The notes: a model not told the origin generated them from the letters alone. DNA of 64,000 bases from an uncultured Nitrospiraceae bacterium (GCA_963727805.1 CAVSHF010000003.1:1984001-2048000); one strand, 5' to 3'. Counted from the first letter of the stretch, positions 1-11,288 are shown. Numbers and translations: made by a program.

Positions 1-318
1 GGTCTCATCATTGTTGGGTTACTTATTTTCAAGATTCTAAAAACCTTGAAAGGAATAAGATCTGCAGCATCAAATTTGATTAGGGAACTGGACAGCTCGA
101 AGAGACAGCTATCTAAAGTACTTCTTGACGATTTAAGACTTATAGAGGCAGTCGCCTTTGCGACGAGTGCATTCATTATCATTCGTCTAGTATTGGGGTT
201 ATTCGGAATGGATCTTTATGAGATTTATTGGTGGTTTGCTATTGGTATTACCTTTTCATTGTATTCTATGATTAATAGAATAGAGAAGCATTTTAATAAC
301 ATAAGACAATATTTATGA
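1..318 (+). CDS. C-terminal part of a membrane protein, probable O-antigen ligase/Wzy-like polymerase (5'-truncated by window edge)
   Basis: Frame open from base 1 into ORF 46..318; hydrophobic helices with a YEIYWWFAIG-type ending; EPS context. Confidence 0.55.
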   Translation, partial: GLIIVGLLIFKILKTLKGIRSAASNLIRELDSSKRQLSKVLLDDLRLIEAVAFATSAFIIIRLVLGLFGMDLYEIYWWFAIGITFSLYSMINRIEKHFNNIRQYL

Positions 319-373
319 GTTCATCTTAAGATATTTTCTCTCATTATTATCCACATGCATAGGTGAAATTTAT

Positions 374-529
374 ATGTGCGGCATAGTAGGTAACTATGAA
401 AGAAGCTTTTTAAAGTCATTTATTATAGTGATCCCGTTTGAGTTTATGCTGCTTATGCAACGCAACGTTTTTATAAAGCTGATGCAGGATAGGTGCGGTT
501 TCGTGCAAGATTCAGGACATACCTATTAG
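374..529 (+). pseudogene. Possible remnant of a class II glutamine amidotransferase (asnB-like) gene start
   Basis: SD-like AGGTGA then ATG TGC GGC ATA GTA GGT = MCGIVG; similarity is lost immediately afterwards. Confidence 0.35.
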
Positions 530-545
530 AAAGGATTATTAATAC

Positions 546-1520
546 ATGAATAATTTGATATGGCTTAGTTGGGATAACCACAGACGAAGTTATGAACTTG
601 CCAAAAAGCTTGCAGTGCGATTTCACGTTATTGGCAGAGGGTATTGGCGTATTTTTGACCCAATTATTCCCTCTTTGAGAACCTTACTGTTTCTTGCTTT
701 TCGAAATTATAAAATCATAATAGTGCAAAATCCTTCTCTCATACTTACGTGCATAGTGTGTTTATTAAAACCTTTAAAGGGGTTTCGCATTATACAAGAT
801 TTACATTCGTACTTTGCTAGTCATATCGATAAGGGTGTTGGTCTCCGAGGCAAAATATATCGTCTCCTTTCTATATATTGCATTATAAAATGTGATCTCA
901 CAATTGTTACAAACGAGCCACTAAAAGAAGTGGTCGATAAATATGGAGGAAGAGGTTTTGTTCTACAAGATACAATTCCGGACATTGCCAGCATTGATAA
1001 AGCAGAATTAGTAAAAAGAAATAATGTTGTTTTCATCTGCACTTATGCAGCAGATGAGCCTTACATTGAAGTTATAGAAGCCGGAAGAGCACTTTTAAAT
1101 GAAGTCGATATATTTATTACAGGCAATCCGCGTCATGCTAATGATTTGGACAAAATGAATATTCCTCCGAATATAAAAATTACGGGTTTTCTTACTGAGA
1201 ATAATTATATAGCACTTTTGAGAAATTCAGATGCAATTATTGACCTCACAACGCTGGAGAACTGTCTTGTATGCGGTGCATACGAAGCAGTGGCCCTGGA
1301 AAAACCGTTAGTTACATCTAATACCCAAACACTTAGAGATTATTTTTACAAAGGGACAATATATTCAGACAATAATAGATATTCACTCATAGATAACATT
1401 CGTGAAGCGCTGGAAAATAAATCTAAGCTAAGAAAAGAGATGAAATTATTAAAATCTGAACTTAATAATCAGTGGAGCCAAAAATTTGAAAAGTTAAAAT
1501 CATTAATCCATGAAGAGTAA
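546..1520 (+). CDS. Glycosyltransferase, GT4/GT-B fold
   Basis: 324 aa; QNPS motif, GAYEAVALEKPLVTSN (EX7-type) motif. Confidence 0.85.
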   Translation: MNNLIWLSWDNHRRSYELAKKLAVRFHVIGRGYWRIFDPIIPSLRTLLFLAFRNYKIIIVQNPSLILTCIVCLLKPLKGFRIIQDLHSYFASHIDKGVGLRGKIYRLLSIYCIIKCDLTIVTNEPLKEVVDKYGGRGFVLQDTIPDIASIDKAELVKRNNVVFICTYAADEPYIEVIEAGRALLNEVDIFITGNPRHANDLDKMNIPPNIKITGFLTENNYIALLRNSDAIIDLTTLENCLVCGAYEAVALEKPLVTSNTQTLRDYFYKGTIYSDNNRYSLIDNIREALENKSKLRKEMKLLKSELNNQWSQKFEKLKSLIHEE

Positions 1521-1630
1521 TGTAGATACCCACGGGCATGCCCGTAGCCCTTACGACTTAGTTGTTACATTCACCCGCGCGGATACGCGTGTAACTCTGC
1601 CCATAGGTTAGACATAGGGAGGCAACTCAT

Positions 1631-2431
1631 ATGTACGTGTGTCCGGATTGTAAAACAAGTCTTGAACGACTATATTGTAAGTCATGTAGAACACAATTTG
1701 CTCAAGAAGAAGGAATTCCAATTCTACTCTCGCGAGAGGAACGATTACAGTCTGTCAATCAAATCAGGAATGTTTATGACAAAATATATTCAAATCGATC
1801 TCTAGTATGGGAAGATCAGGGAAGAACTCCAGAATTCTTGAGTTACTTCGCAAATTTAGCAGAGAAGTTTTCTGGAGACAGGATTCTGGAAGTTGGCTGT
1901 GGAGAAGGTTTTCTACTGAACTCTCTAATTGCCAAAAAAAAGTTTGCAGTTGATATTTCTAAAGAAGCCCTACAAAAAACAAAAAATCTTACCAACGCTG
2001 AATGTGCAGTCGCAATGGCTGAAAAGCTTCCTTTTCAAGAAAACTGGTTTAACCTTGTAGTAAGTGTGGGAGTTATGGAACATTTTTTGGATGATTATGC
2101 AGCCACATCAGAAATATCGCGTGTGCTCAAACCGGGCGGATATTATCTGGTATTGATTCATGCCAAATTAACTTTTTTGCAAAAAATTATGCAAAAACTG
2201 AATGAATATATATTTCCGCGTTTCAGACCGATAAAATTGACACGCTGGCTTATTAGCAAGATATATAAGCCTATATATCAACCAATTCAACGAAAATATA
2301 CCGTAGAAGAGTGTAAGATATGCCTGGAGCGTAGTGGATTTCATATCGACCACATTATATCAAAATCAACTGATTCATCTGCCCCATTAATTGGTACTCA
2401 TGTTAAAATATTTATTACGCGTAAGTTATGA
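1631..2431 (+). CDS. Class I SAM-dependent methyltransferase with N-terminal Trm112-like Zn ribbon
   Basis: CPDC..CKSC..GIP N-terminus; ILEVGCGEG motif I; RVLKPGG; SD GGAGG. Confidence 0.85.
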   Translation: MYVCPDCKTSLERLYCKSCRTQFAQEEGIPILLSREERLQSVNQIRNVYDKIYSNRSLVWEDQGRTPEFLSYFANLAEKFSGDRILEVGCGEGFLLNSLIAKKKFAVDISKEALQKTKNLTNAECAVAMAEKLPFQENWFNLVVSVGVMEHFLDDYAATSEISRVLKPGGYYLVLIHAKLTFLQKIMQKLNEYIFPRFRPIKLTRWLISKIYKPIYQPIQRKYTVEECKICLERSGFHIDHIISKSTDSSAPLIGTHVKIFITRKL

Positions 2432-2781
2432 CAATATGTTTCTAGTTGGTGCAAGCAGTTAATAACGCACCCGGCCTTCAAGGTTTGGGGTTCTAGGTTA
2501 ATCGTCGGCATGATGGTCTTAATAGTACCGTGCACCTACGGCAAATAAATTTTCTTAGCGCCGTCCAGAAACTTAGCTATGTAATGGGCTATGCTGGCAG
2601 CCTGTTTTGCCTTGCAGAAAGGGCTGCACAAGTTGGTTTTAACCGAAGAATGAAAGGGTTTGCATCTTGGCGTGACAACCTTTACGCCCACTGTCGCAAG
2701 AAGATATAAGAGGCATTTCATTGCAAGGTCACAGATACCTATGGTTGTGGCGACGGCATACAAATAGCTGCTCAATGCGGT

Positions 2782-3063
2782 ATGAGCAACGGTGCATTTC
2801 ACATCTTCATGCCTCACATAGTCTTTGAAATGGTGGATGATTATGGCCTCCCGGTAGAGCCTGGAGATGTTGGGAATATCCTGTTAACGCGTCTAGACGT
2901 CGGGGCTATGCCACTGATCCGCTATAAAGTAGGCGATATCGGGAGAAAAAGCACAACCGAGACCTGTCCGTGCGGGAGGGGATTGGAGATGCTCTCGAAA
3001 CAGAGGGGCGGGACACCGATATCATAGTCACTCCGAATGGAAAAGGTTTTTCTACAGGTGTAA
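2782..3063 (+). pseudogene. Fragment of phenylacetate-CoA ligase family (CapK-like) protein, frameshifted
   Basis: AMPLIRYKVGDIG..CPCGRG, continuing in another frame as EGRDTDIIVTPNGK; N-terminal part missing. Confidence 0.75.
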
Positions 3064-3336
3064 CGCCAAAATGATACTGTCCTATATTGCCTAAGTGGAA
3101 ATGTCCTATTGACTATCTCCGAATAGTCGATTCTCATCCATGATGTATCATGTAGTGGGATAATTAAGAAAATTTAATTTTAATCTCGCGGTAGCATGCT
3201 ATAATGACATCGTCAACATGTGCTGCATTTTAACATTGGGGATAATCAAACGTGAGTGAAAGAATTGGCAGCTATCATTACAGTTGATAGCCAGACAATA
3301 TCTACTAATCTCTGATAGAAGAAAGAAGGTGGCTTT

Positions 3337-4290
3337 ATGAATTTTCAAGAAGTGAGATCCATCATAGGCTCGACGTTGTTGCTGATGCTCCTGATCGGGT
3401 ATGCATCGGCTGCCTCAGTCCCGCGGAATGAGTGCTCAAATCCGCCTGCCGGAACTATATTTTGTGAGGATTTCGAAGGCACCAATCCTAAGTCAGACTT
3501 TGACGACTACGACGGAAATCTCGACTCGGAAAACCAGATCGTAACGGATAGCGGACCATCGGGCGACTCATCTAACAAGGTGATTCGATTACGGGTGCCC
3601 GCCGGCCAAGGAGGTGACTCAGATCTGTTAAAGGTGTTACCAGGCAGTTACGACAAACTCTACGCCCGCTGGTATTTCAAGTACGAAGTCGGGTTCAACT
3701 TCGGTGCGCGCAATCATGGTGGTGGTCTCGCTGCCGGAGACAGGACTTTTGTCGGCCAATCGGGCATACGTCCGAATGGCACCGACTTTGCCGGGTTTTA
3801 TGTTCAGTATCAGGAGAACACAGCCATACCGTATGCTTATAGTTATTATCGCGGGATGTACCAGGACTGTGCTGACCCAAATGGCAGTTGCTGGGGCGAT
3901 TCTTTGCCCTGTGTTTATGACAATGGAGCATACTATTGCACAAAGCCGCAAGATCAACCCGTTGTTGCCCTGCCCAACTTAGTTGCAGGACAATGGTACT
4001 GCGTGGAAGAGATGCTGGATATGGGGACGCCCACCGCCACTAACCAAGCGGCTAATGGCCAATTGGCACTCTGGCTGGATTCAAACTTAATTGGCGATTT
4101 TCAAAACCTATGGATCAGAACGAATGCTAACCTTAAGATCCAGAACCTTTGGTTGAACCTGTATCACCATGATGGTACCCACTCCGTGGTTGGCGAACTC
4201 ATTGACAACGTGGTTGTTTCTACGCAACGCATCGGATGTGGTACTGCTAGTCGGCCTTCGCCGCCCGCGAGTCTTCGAGTCATCCAATGA
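3337..4290 (+). CDS. Secreted protein with polysaccharide-lyase-like/ConA (jelly-roll) domain
   Basis: Signal peptide; IFCEDFE, LYARWYFKY, GQWYCVE, DNVVVSTQRIGC; ends in a truncated PSPPASLRV FN3 linker. Confidence 0.65.
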   Translation: MNFQEVRSIIGSTLLLMLLIGYASAASVPRNECSNPPAGTIFCEDFEGTNPKSDFDDYDGNLDSENQIVTDSGPSGDSSNKVIRLRVPAGQGGDSDLLKVLPGSYDKLYARWYFKYEVGFNFGARNHGGGLAAGDRTFVGQSGIRPNGTDFAGFYVQYQENTAIPYAYSYYRGMYQDCADPNGSCWGDSLPCVYDNGAYYCTKPQDQPVVALPNLVAGQWYCVEEMLDMGTPTATNQAANGQLALWLDSNLIGDFQNLWIRTNANLKIQNLWLNLYHHDGTHSVVGELIDNVVVSTQRIGCGTASRPSPPASLRVIQ

Positions 4291-4319
4291 TAGGGAGTTG
4301 CTTTGATGATAAGCGGCAA

Positions 4320-4490
4320 AGGGATTCTGGTTGACGAACGAATTGCATTACAGGGGGTTCGCACCAAGAAGTACTAGCCTCAGGAACTCCAGCGCATTGT
4401 GTTTTATCATGACGAGCGTCAGAGGGTTTTAACGTCTTTGACAAACTATCTCAAACTGGCTACATCAACAATTCCACCAATTGATAGCTA
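4320..4490 (+). pseudogene. IS4-family transposase remnant
   Basis: Translates GILVDERIALQGVRTKKY*PQELQRIVFYHDERQRVLTSLTNYLKLATSTI, resembling the IS4 'YP..LRRI.....FLTN' segment. Confidence 0.55.
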
Positions 4491-4599
4491 GCGATAGCAA
4501 AAAAGAGCCGTGTTCTTACGGAGATGTTCGTTCAGCGAAAGAGTCTGATAGATATTCTGACACTTAACCCCGATCGTCTCACTGCAGCGCGCAGACTTG

Positions 4600-4950
4600 C
4601 TGCAAGAGGTGTTATTTTAACCGTTCAGTAGTTGGATTGAAGTATAAACCTGAAGCCATGTATAACCAAGCTCCTTTCAAAGAATAGGATGTGCCCTCAT
4701 TGTTGAAATCGAAACTTTATAAACGCACCCTATTGCTCATCACGACAAACCTGATCGTCGGAGAATGGTTGCAGGTCTTTGAAGGGAGTAAGATGACAAC
4801 TGCCCTCCTGAACAGGCTCATACATCACTGTAATATCATCGAAACTGGAAACGATGGCTAGAGAATTAAGTCAGAAATTCAAATTAAAACTGACCGCCTG
4901 GAGGGATTTTTGGACGCCAACGGTGGGTTAATATTCAATGTCGATTAACT
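4600..4950 (+). pseudogene. istB: IS21-family istB remnant with right-end-like repeats
   Basis: LLITTNL.VGEWLQVFEGSKMTTALLNRLIHHCNIIETGNDG* matches the IstB C-terminus; followed by GGTGGGTTAATATTCAATG. Confidence 0.7.
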
Positions 4951-5179
4951 TATCTGCACAAAAATAGGGCTCACTTTATTCCGAAATATCTCCCATATTA
5001 AGAATATTTAATAATTTCTTAATCGATTCTTCACCTTAGGGTGTTAGGATATATTGACTGTATATTTTAATTGCATGTAGAGCGCATGCCTTTTCAAGAA
5101 CAAGTAACTATCGCAAGCGCTTTAGATTAGTGCGCTGATACGGATAAGTATATTTCTTTATTATAAGTATTATTAGTAT

Positions 5180-5195
5180 GGTGATCAAGATCACA
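5180..5195. promoter_or_regulatory. CRP/FNR-type site (GGTGA-N6-TCACA)
   Basis: ggtga tcaaga tcaca, upstream of -10-like TATTAT (5219-5224) and of CDS 5286. Confidence 0.55.
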
Positions 5196-5285
5196 AAATA
5201 TTTTCCCATTTTGACCGATATTATTAACAGAGCGTCGACTCACGTTAGTTAGCAAAGATAAAGTAACCGCACGGAGGGTAAAGTT

Positions 5286-6368
5286 ATGCATTTTGTTAAA
5301 TTGACAAAGATCACAGTCTTAATAGTTCTTGCGTTGTTAATATCACCACTTGGCGTTCACGCTGCCCCGGTAGTCTCTGCGGAAAATGGCACGTTCACGC
5401 ATGGGCAAACGGTTACGATTACTGGGTCAGGTTTCGGCACAAAATCACCTGTTGCACCTTTACAGTGGGACCCTGTCGACGGGATGTATTCAAGTATATC
5501 ACAGGGCGCCACAGTCCCCACCGGAGGTTCTAATCCTTGGAACTCTTCCGGTGGTGCTGATATGTATAACCCTACATTCATTACCACTAATCCAAGAGGA
5601 AAATGGACAGCAAAATATACAAACGCATCATCTCCTTCTTCTGTTCACAATGCGGTACTTGGGGAGAAATCGTGGGCTGCTTGTTCTACAGCTAAATTAT
5701 ATTTAAGTTATTGGCTTTATCCTCATCAAAATCCATCAAATCCCGGTGCATCTAACAAATATATGAGAATAACTGATAATGGTGGATGGTCTTCAAGTGT
5801 TAGTTGGCTTATTTGGGACCCAGGTTCCGGGGATATATCTACTTATAGTGTTGCCACCGATTATACAGGGGAAATTTATGAATCAACAGACGGGACAGTA
5901 GGCGCATGGAATAGATTAGAACTTACAATTGATAATTCTGTAAGTCCACATCCTGCTGTTTCTACAAGTATGAATAATGTTTCTCAAGGATCATTTCGGT
6001 CAAGTCAATCTATAGCTCCGTTAATTGGTATCTACACTATAGGTGCTGATTGGACTAATGCACAAAACAGTCCAATTGCTCAATTAGATTGGGGTGAGAT
6101 TTACGTCGATAGTACCTTGGCTAGAGTCGAAATCTGCAATGCAGCCACAAAAACATCGAGCAATCATTGTGAGATTCAGATACCCACGACACAATGGATA
6201 GACGGGCAGTTGCAAATACAAGTCAATCAGGGCAGTTTCGCTAATGGTTCAACTGCCTATCTCTACGTCGTCGATGCAAGTGGCAATGTAAGTGCTGGGA
6301 ATAAAATTACCTTTGGATCATCTGGAACAACTGGAACAGAGCAACCAAGCGCGCCGATTCTTAATTAG
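5286..6368 (+). CDS. Secreted protein (IPT/TIG-like N-terminus, lectin/lyase-like core)
   Basis: Signal peptide; HGQTVTITGSGFGTK; EIYVDSTLARVEIC..EIQIP; SD GGAGG. Confidence 0.7.
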   Translation: MHFVKLTKITVLIVLALLISPLGVHAAPVVSAENGTFTHGQTVTITGSGFGTKSPVAPLQWDPVDGMYSSISQGATVPTGGSNPWNSSGGADMYNPTFITTNPRGKWTAKYTNASSPSSVHNAVLGEKSWAACSTAKLYLSYWLYPHQNPSNPGASNKYMRITDNGGWSSSVSWLIWDPGSGDISTYSVATDYTGEIYESTDGTVGAWNRLELTIDNSVSPHPAVSTSMNNVSQGSFRSSQSIAPLIGIYTIGADWTNAQNSPIAQLDWGEIYVDSTLARVEICNAATKTSSNHCEIQIPTTQWIDGQLQIQVNQGSFANGSTAYLYVVDASGNVSAGNKITFGSSGTTGTEQPSAPILN

Positions 6369-6407
6369 TTAACGATTTAGGGTTACTACTAAAAGCGATA
6401 CACTAAA

Positions 6408-6448
6408 AGAGAAGGGACCTACAGATTGCCTGCAGGTCCCTTCTCTCG
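6408..6448 (+). terminator. Hairpin after CDS 5286..6368
   Basis: gagaagggacct...aggtcccttctc inverted repeat; weak U-tract. Confidence 0.5.
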
Positions 6449-7334
6449 AACCCGACTTTTGCCAATATTCCAGCCACCGTTCGTAAGTATATGAAATTGC
6501 CTCTGAAATCACACACCATAGCGACTACCCAAATAAATCCTGACCCGGTTACCTCTAAAATGGCGGAAAATGGCCGTATTGTAAATTTTTCTATTTGACT
6601 CTACAAGTGCGATGCAGGACAATATTGCGAGAAAAATATATTCTCATCCACTAAAGCGAATCACCAAGCGGAGGAGAAAAGAGATGTTCCGGCAAAACTG
6701 GACAGCGACAACACGGGAACTTGGTGATTATTAGACCCTTACAATGTTCGGCGGTGGCATCAAGGTCCTGACGAGCGGACACCGGATGAGATTTACTGAA
6801 CTATTCTACCTCAGAGGCAGGTGTCTTTATGAACATGAGCAGCTTATCACTTAAAAGCTCCTTTACACTGTCCAAACAACCCCGACCACCTTAAAATATT
6901 GCCTGGCATGTTTTCAAATCACCCATAATTGTTTCACAATTAACGCAGTTTAGCCCCAGAAAATACCCTATGGATGATGATTTACAATTTCCCCTTAATG
7001 TGGTAGTGTTGAAGTATGTTAAAAAAATCAGTACTCAGAAGAGTTGCCATCAACCTTTAATGTTGAGGACTCGTAAAAAGTCTAATGATTCGAATATTTT
7101 TGTTTTTTAGGGGGAAAATGACTTCACCATATGCTCTACAATCGACTATTTCATATCAACACATGGTAAAGTGGCCCATAAAAAAAAACGATTTTCACCA
7201 GTCGCCGACTTTTTGCGAGGCCGTCAATCTTCATTCATCGATTTTTTGTTACGCTGCCACTGACCGTATCAAGTTACCCAAGTTGCGTTATAGAGGCGCA
7301 TATGTCAACTAACCCTTAAAAGAAGGAGGATCTT

Positions 7335-10300
7335 GTGACAAGACGAATTTCTTTAGCTGTTTGGCTGTTGGCAGTTTTTTTAATGGTTTTTGCGAGCCCT
7401 GTGCTCACTTATGCCGAACCCTTTGCGTATATCACGAACTATTACGATGATACCGTCCAAGTCATTGATTTGTCTAACAACCAGATAGTAACTGGTGGCG
7501 ACTTACCGATTGATGTGGGGTCTGCCCCTATCGGCATAACGATGAACCCTGCGGCCAAAATCGCCTACGTAACTAATTACGGCGACGGTCTGTCTGCCAG
7601 TACGGTTTCGGTTATAGATACTTCATCAAATGAAGTGATCGGTTCGCCGATTAATGTGGGGATTGGCCCTATCGGCATCGCGGTGAACCCTGCGGGCACT
7701 TTTATCTATGTAGCCAATCAAGGCTCTAGTACAGTCTCGGTTATTAATACCTCAACTGGGTTGCCAGTACTTGGTACGCCGATTGCTTTACCTGCGGGGA
7801 GTGCGCCCAATGGCATAGCAATTGACCCCTCAGGCGCTTTTGTCTATGTAACCAATGAAGGCACAGATCTGCTGCCGGATAGTACAGTCTCGGTTATTAA
7901 TACATCAACTAACACGGTCAGTTCAACAATTCCTGTGGGGAGTAGACCTTTTGGCATAACAATAAACCCTGCCGGCACCCGCGCCTACGTGACTAATTCC
8001 GTCGATGGCACGGTGTCAGTAATTAATACTTCTTCCAAGAGCGTCATAGATACTATTACTTTGTATGACACATCAGCTAACCCGCATGGCATAGCAGTAA
8101 GCCCTGACGGGAACAAAGTCTATGTGGCCAATTACATCGATCATACCGTCTCAGTCATTGACGTACAAAATGATAATGATGTAGAAATCATTTCGAGTGT
8201 GGCGCCTATTACACCTATTGATGTGGGTGTTGGAGCCGGTCCTTATGGCATTGATGTAAAACCTGACGGGACCGAAGTCTATGTAGCTAACAGCATTACC
8301 GGTACAGTCTCGGCTATCAATACGACAACTTATCTGACAGTTCTGATTCCTTCTGTGGGGGCTGGCCCTCGTGGATTCGGTAAGTTTGTTCAAATCCCCA
8401 CCTATACGATCACGACATCGGTCCCTGGTGGAAACGGGACCATAGGCTGCACCACACCGGTAAACTACGGCGGCAGCTCCACATGCACGATCACGCCGGC
8501 TACTGGCTACCATCTGGCGACCCTGACGGATAATACCGTCAATGTGATTGGTTCGGTGAGCGGCAGCACTTACACCATAACCAACGTGACTGCGGCCCAT
8601 GCTGTGGCGGGCACCTTTGCCATCAACACCTATGCGATCACGACATCGGTCCCTGGTGGAAACGGTACCATAGTCTGCACCACACCGGTGAACTACGGCA
8701 GCAGCTCCACATGCACGATCACGCCGGCTACTGGCTACTCTCTGGCGACCCTGACGGATAATACCGTCAATGTGATTGGTTCGGTGAGCGGCAGCACCTA
8801 CACCATAACCAACGTGACTGCGGCCCATGCTGTGGCGGGTACCTTTGCCATCAACACCTATGCGATCACGACATCGGTCCCTGGTGGAAACGGTACCATA
8901 GTCTGCACCACACCGGTGAACTACGGCGGCAGCTCCACATGCACGATCACGCCGGCTACTGGCTACTCTCTGGCGACCCTGACGGATAATACCGTCAATG
9001 TGATTGGTTCGGTGAGCGGCAGCACCTACACCATAACCAACGTGACTGCGGCCCATGCTGTGGCGGGTACCTTTGCCATCAGCACGTTTACGATCACGAC
9101 ATCGGTCCCTGGTGGAAACGGTACCATAGGCTGCACCACACCGGTAAACTACGGCGGCAGCTCCACATGCACGATCACGCCGGCTACTGGCTACCATCTG
9201 GCGACCCTGACGGATAATACCGTCAATGTGATTGGTTCGGTGAGCGGCAGCACCTACACCATAACCAACGTGACTGCGGCCCATGCTGTGGCGGGCACCT
9301 TTGCCATCAACACCTATGCGATCACGACATCGGTCCCTGGTGGAAACGGTACCATAGTCTGCACCACACCGGTGAACTACGGCGGCAGCTCCACATGCAC
9401 GATCACGCCGGCTACTGGTTACTCTCTGGCGACCCTGACGGATAATACCGTCAATGTGATTGGTTCGGTGAGCGGCAGCACCTACACCATAACCAACGTG
9501 ACTGCGGCCCATGCTGTGGCGGGCACCTTTGCCATCAACACCTATGCGATCACGACATCGGTCCCTGGTGGAAACGGTACCATAGTCTGCACCACACCGG
9601 TGAACTACGGCGGCAGCTCCACATGCACGATCACGCCGGCTACTGGCTACTCTCTGGCGACCCTGACGGATAATACCGTCAATGTGATTGGTTCGGTGAG
9701 CGGCAGCACCTACACCATAACCAACGTGACTGCGGCCCATGCTGTGGCGGGCACCTTTGCCATCAACACCTATGCGATCACGACATCGGTCCCTGGTGGA
9801 AACGGTACCATAGTCTGCACCACACCGGTAAACTACGGCGGCAGCTCCACATGCACGATCACGCCGGCTACTGGTTACTCTCTGGCGACCCTGACGGATA
9901 ATACCGTCAATGTGATTGGTTCGGTGAGCGGCAGCACCTACACCATAACCAACGTGACTGCGGCCCATGCTGTGGCGGGCACCTTTGCCATCAACACCTA
10001 TGCGATCACAACATCGATCACTGGTGGAAACGGGACCTTAACCTGCACCACACCGGTAAACTACGGCGGCAGCTCCACATGCACGATCACGCCGGCTACT
10101 GGCTACCATCTGGCGACCCTGACGGATAATACCGTCAATGTGATTGGTTCGGTGAGCGGCAGCACCTACACCATAACCAACGTGACTGCGGCCCATGCCG
10201 TGGCGGGCACCTTTGCCATCAACACCTATGCGATCACGACATCGGTCCCTGGTGGAAACGGTACCATAGTCTGCACCACACCGGTGAACTACGGCAGCAG

Positions 10301-11288
10301 CTCCACATGCACGATCACGCCGGCTACTAATTACTATCTGGCGACCCTGACGGATAATACCGTCAATGTGATTGGTTCGGTGAGCGGCAGCACCTACACC
10401 ATAACCAACGTGACTGCGGCCCATGCTGTGGCGGGCGCCTTTGCCCGTTATGCGTCTCAAATCGGCGTTTTCAGAAACGGGACGTGGTATCTTGACTACC
10501 CTGGGACGGGCACATGGGTTGGCTGCGGAACAACCTCCAGCACTGATCGCTGTTACGCATTCGGGTTAACAACTGACATGCCGGTGGTTGGCGATTGGAG
10601 TGCCTCCGGTAAAACAAAGATCGGCATTTTCAGAAATGGCAACTGGTATCTTGACTACCCTGGGACGGCCACATGGGTTGGCTGCGGAGCCCCTGCCGAT
10701 CCGACGAAAGATGGCTGCATAGCCTTTGGCATCGCCAGCGATATCCTGGTAGTCGGCGACTGGAATGGAGACGGCCACTCCAAGATAGGAGTGTTCAGAA
10801 ACGGGATGTGGTATCTTGACTACTCTGGGACGTACGCTGCTACTGGCACATGGGCAGGGTGCGGAGCGCCTGCGGATCCGACAAAAGCTGCCTGCATAGC
10901 CTGGGGCGTCGCTGGCGATATCCCGGTAGTCGGTGACTGGAGTGGAAACGGCAAAAGCAGTATAGGGGTGTTCAGAAACGGGACGTGGTATCTTGACTAC
11001 CCTGGGACGGGCACATGGGTTGGCTGCGGAACGACCTCCAGCACTGATCGCTGTTACGCATTCGGCTTGCCAACCGATATTCCGGTGGTTGGCGATTGGA
11101 ATGCCTCCGGTAGCACAAAGATCGGCATTTTCAGAAGCGGCAACTGGTATCTTGACTACTCTGGGACCTACGCTGCTACTGGCATATGGGCGGGATGCGG
11201 AGCGCCTGCGGATCCGACGAAAGCTGCCTGCAAAGCCTGGGGCATCGCTGGCGATATCCCGGTTGTAGGCAACTGGAATGGTCTATAG
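7335..11288 (+). CDS. Giant surface adhesin A: signal peptide, YVTN/YncE beta-propeller, 9 x 76-aa InlB-B-like stalk repeats, 5 FG-GAP-like (GDWNG) C-terminal repeats
   Basis: 1317 aa; GTG start with GGAGG SD; repeated AYVTN..VSVINT; GDW(N/S)G..KIG(V/I)FR repeats. Confidence 0.9.
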   Translation: MTRRISLAVWLLAVFLMVFASPVLTYAEPFAYITNYYDDTVQVIDLSNNQIVTGGDLPIDVGSAPIGITMNPAAKIAYVTNYGDGLSASTVSVIDTSSNEVIGSPINVGIGPIGIAVNPAGTFIYVANQGSSTVSVINTSTGLPVLGTPIALPAGSAPNGIAIDPSGAFVYVTNEGTDLLPDSTVSVINTSTNTVSSTIPVGSRPFGITINPAGTRAYVTNSVDGTVSVINTSSKSVIDTITLYDTSANPHGIAVSPDGNKVYVANYIDHTVSVIDVQNDNDVEIISSVAPITPIDVGVGAGPYGIDVKPDGTEVYVANSITGTVSAINTTTYLTVLIPSVGAGPRGFGKFVQIPTYTITTSVPGGNGTIGCTTPVNYGGSSTCTITPATGYHLATLTDNTVNVIGSVSGSTYTITNVTAAHAVAGTFAINTYAITTSVPGGNGTIVCTTPVNYGSSSTCTITPATGYSLATLTDNTVNVIGSVSGSTYTITNVTAAHAVAGTFAINTYAITTSVPGGNGTIVCTTPVNYGGSSTCTITPATGYSLATLTDNTVNVIGSVSGSTYTITNVTAAHAVAGTFAISTFTITTSVPGGNGTIGCTTPVNYGGSSTCTITPATGYHLATLTDNTVNVIGSVSGSTYTITNVTAAHAVAGTFAINTYAITTSVPGGNGTIVCTTPVNYGGSSTCTITPATGYSLATLTDNTVNVIGSVSGSTYTITNVTAAHAVAGTFAINTYAITTSVPGGNGTIVCTTPVNYGGSSTCTITPATGYSLATLTDNTVNVIGSVSGSTYTITNVTAAHAVAGTFAINTYAITTSVPGGNGTIVCTTPVNYGGSSTCTITPATGYSLATLTDNTVNVIGSVSGSTYTITNVTAAHAVAGTFAINTYAITTSITGGNGTLTCTTPVNYGGSSTCTITPATGYHLATLTDNTVNVIGSVSGSTYTITNVTAAHAVAGTFAINTYAITTSVPGGNGTIVCTTPVNYGSSSTCTITPATNYYLATLTDNTVNVIGSVSGSTYTITNVTAAHAVAGAFARYASQIGVFRNGTWYLDYPGTGTWVGCGTTSSTDRCYAFGLTTDMPVVGDWSASGKTKIGIFRNGNWYLDYPGTATWVGCGAPADPTKDGCIAFGIASDILVVGDWNGDGHSKIGVFRNGMWYLDYSGTYAATGTWAGCGAPADPTKAACIAWGVAGDIPVVGDWSGNGKSSIGVFRNGTWYLDYPGTGTWVGCGTTSSTDRCYAFGLPTDIPVVGDWNASGSTKIGIFRSGNWYLDYSGTYAATGIWAGCGAPADPTKAACKAWGIAGDIPVVGNWNGL
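8400..10451 (+). repeat. 9 tandem near-identical 228-bp coding repeats
   Basis: Unit acctat(a/g)cgatcacgacatcggtccctggtggaaacgg... recurs every 228 nt. Confidence 0.95.

Noticed and set aside
1528..1600. REP/MITE-like palindromes (cccacgggcatgcccgt; similar weak ones near 24030 and 31810)
   Set aside because: Single degenerate copies; cannot define an element
3187..3197. ops/JUMPStart-like GCGGTAGC
   Set aside because: Partial match that overlaps a probable extended -10 (TGCTATAAT), so it would not be transcribed
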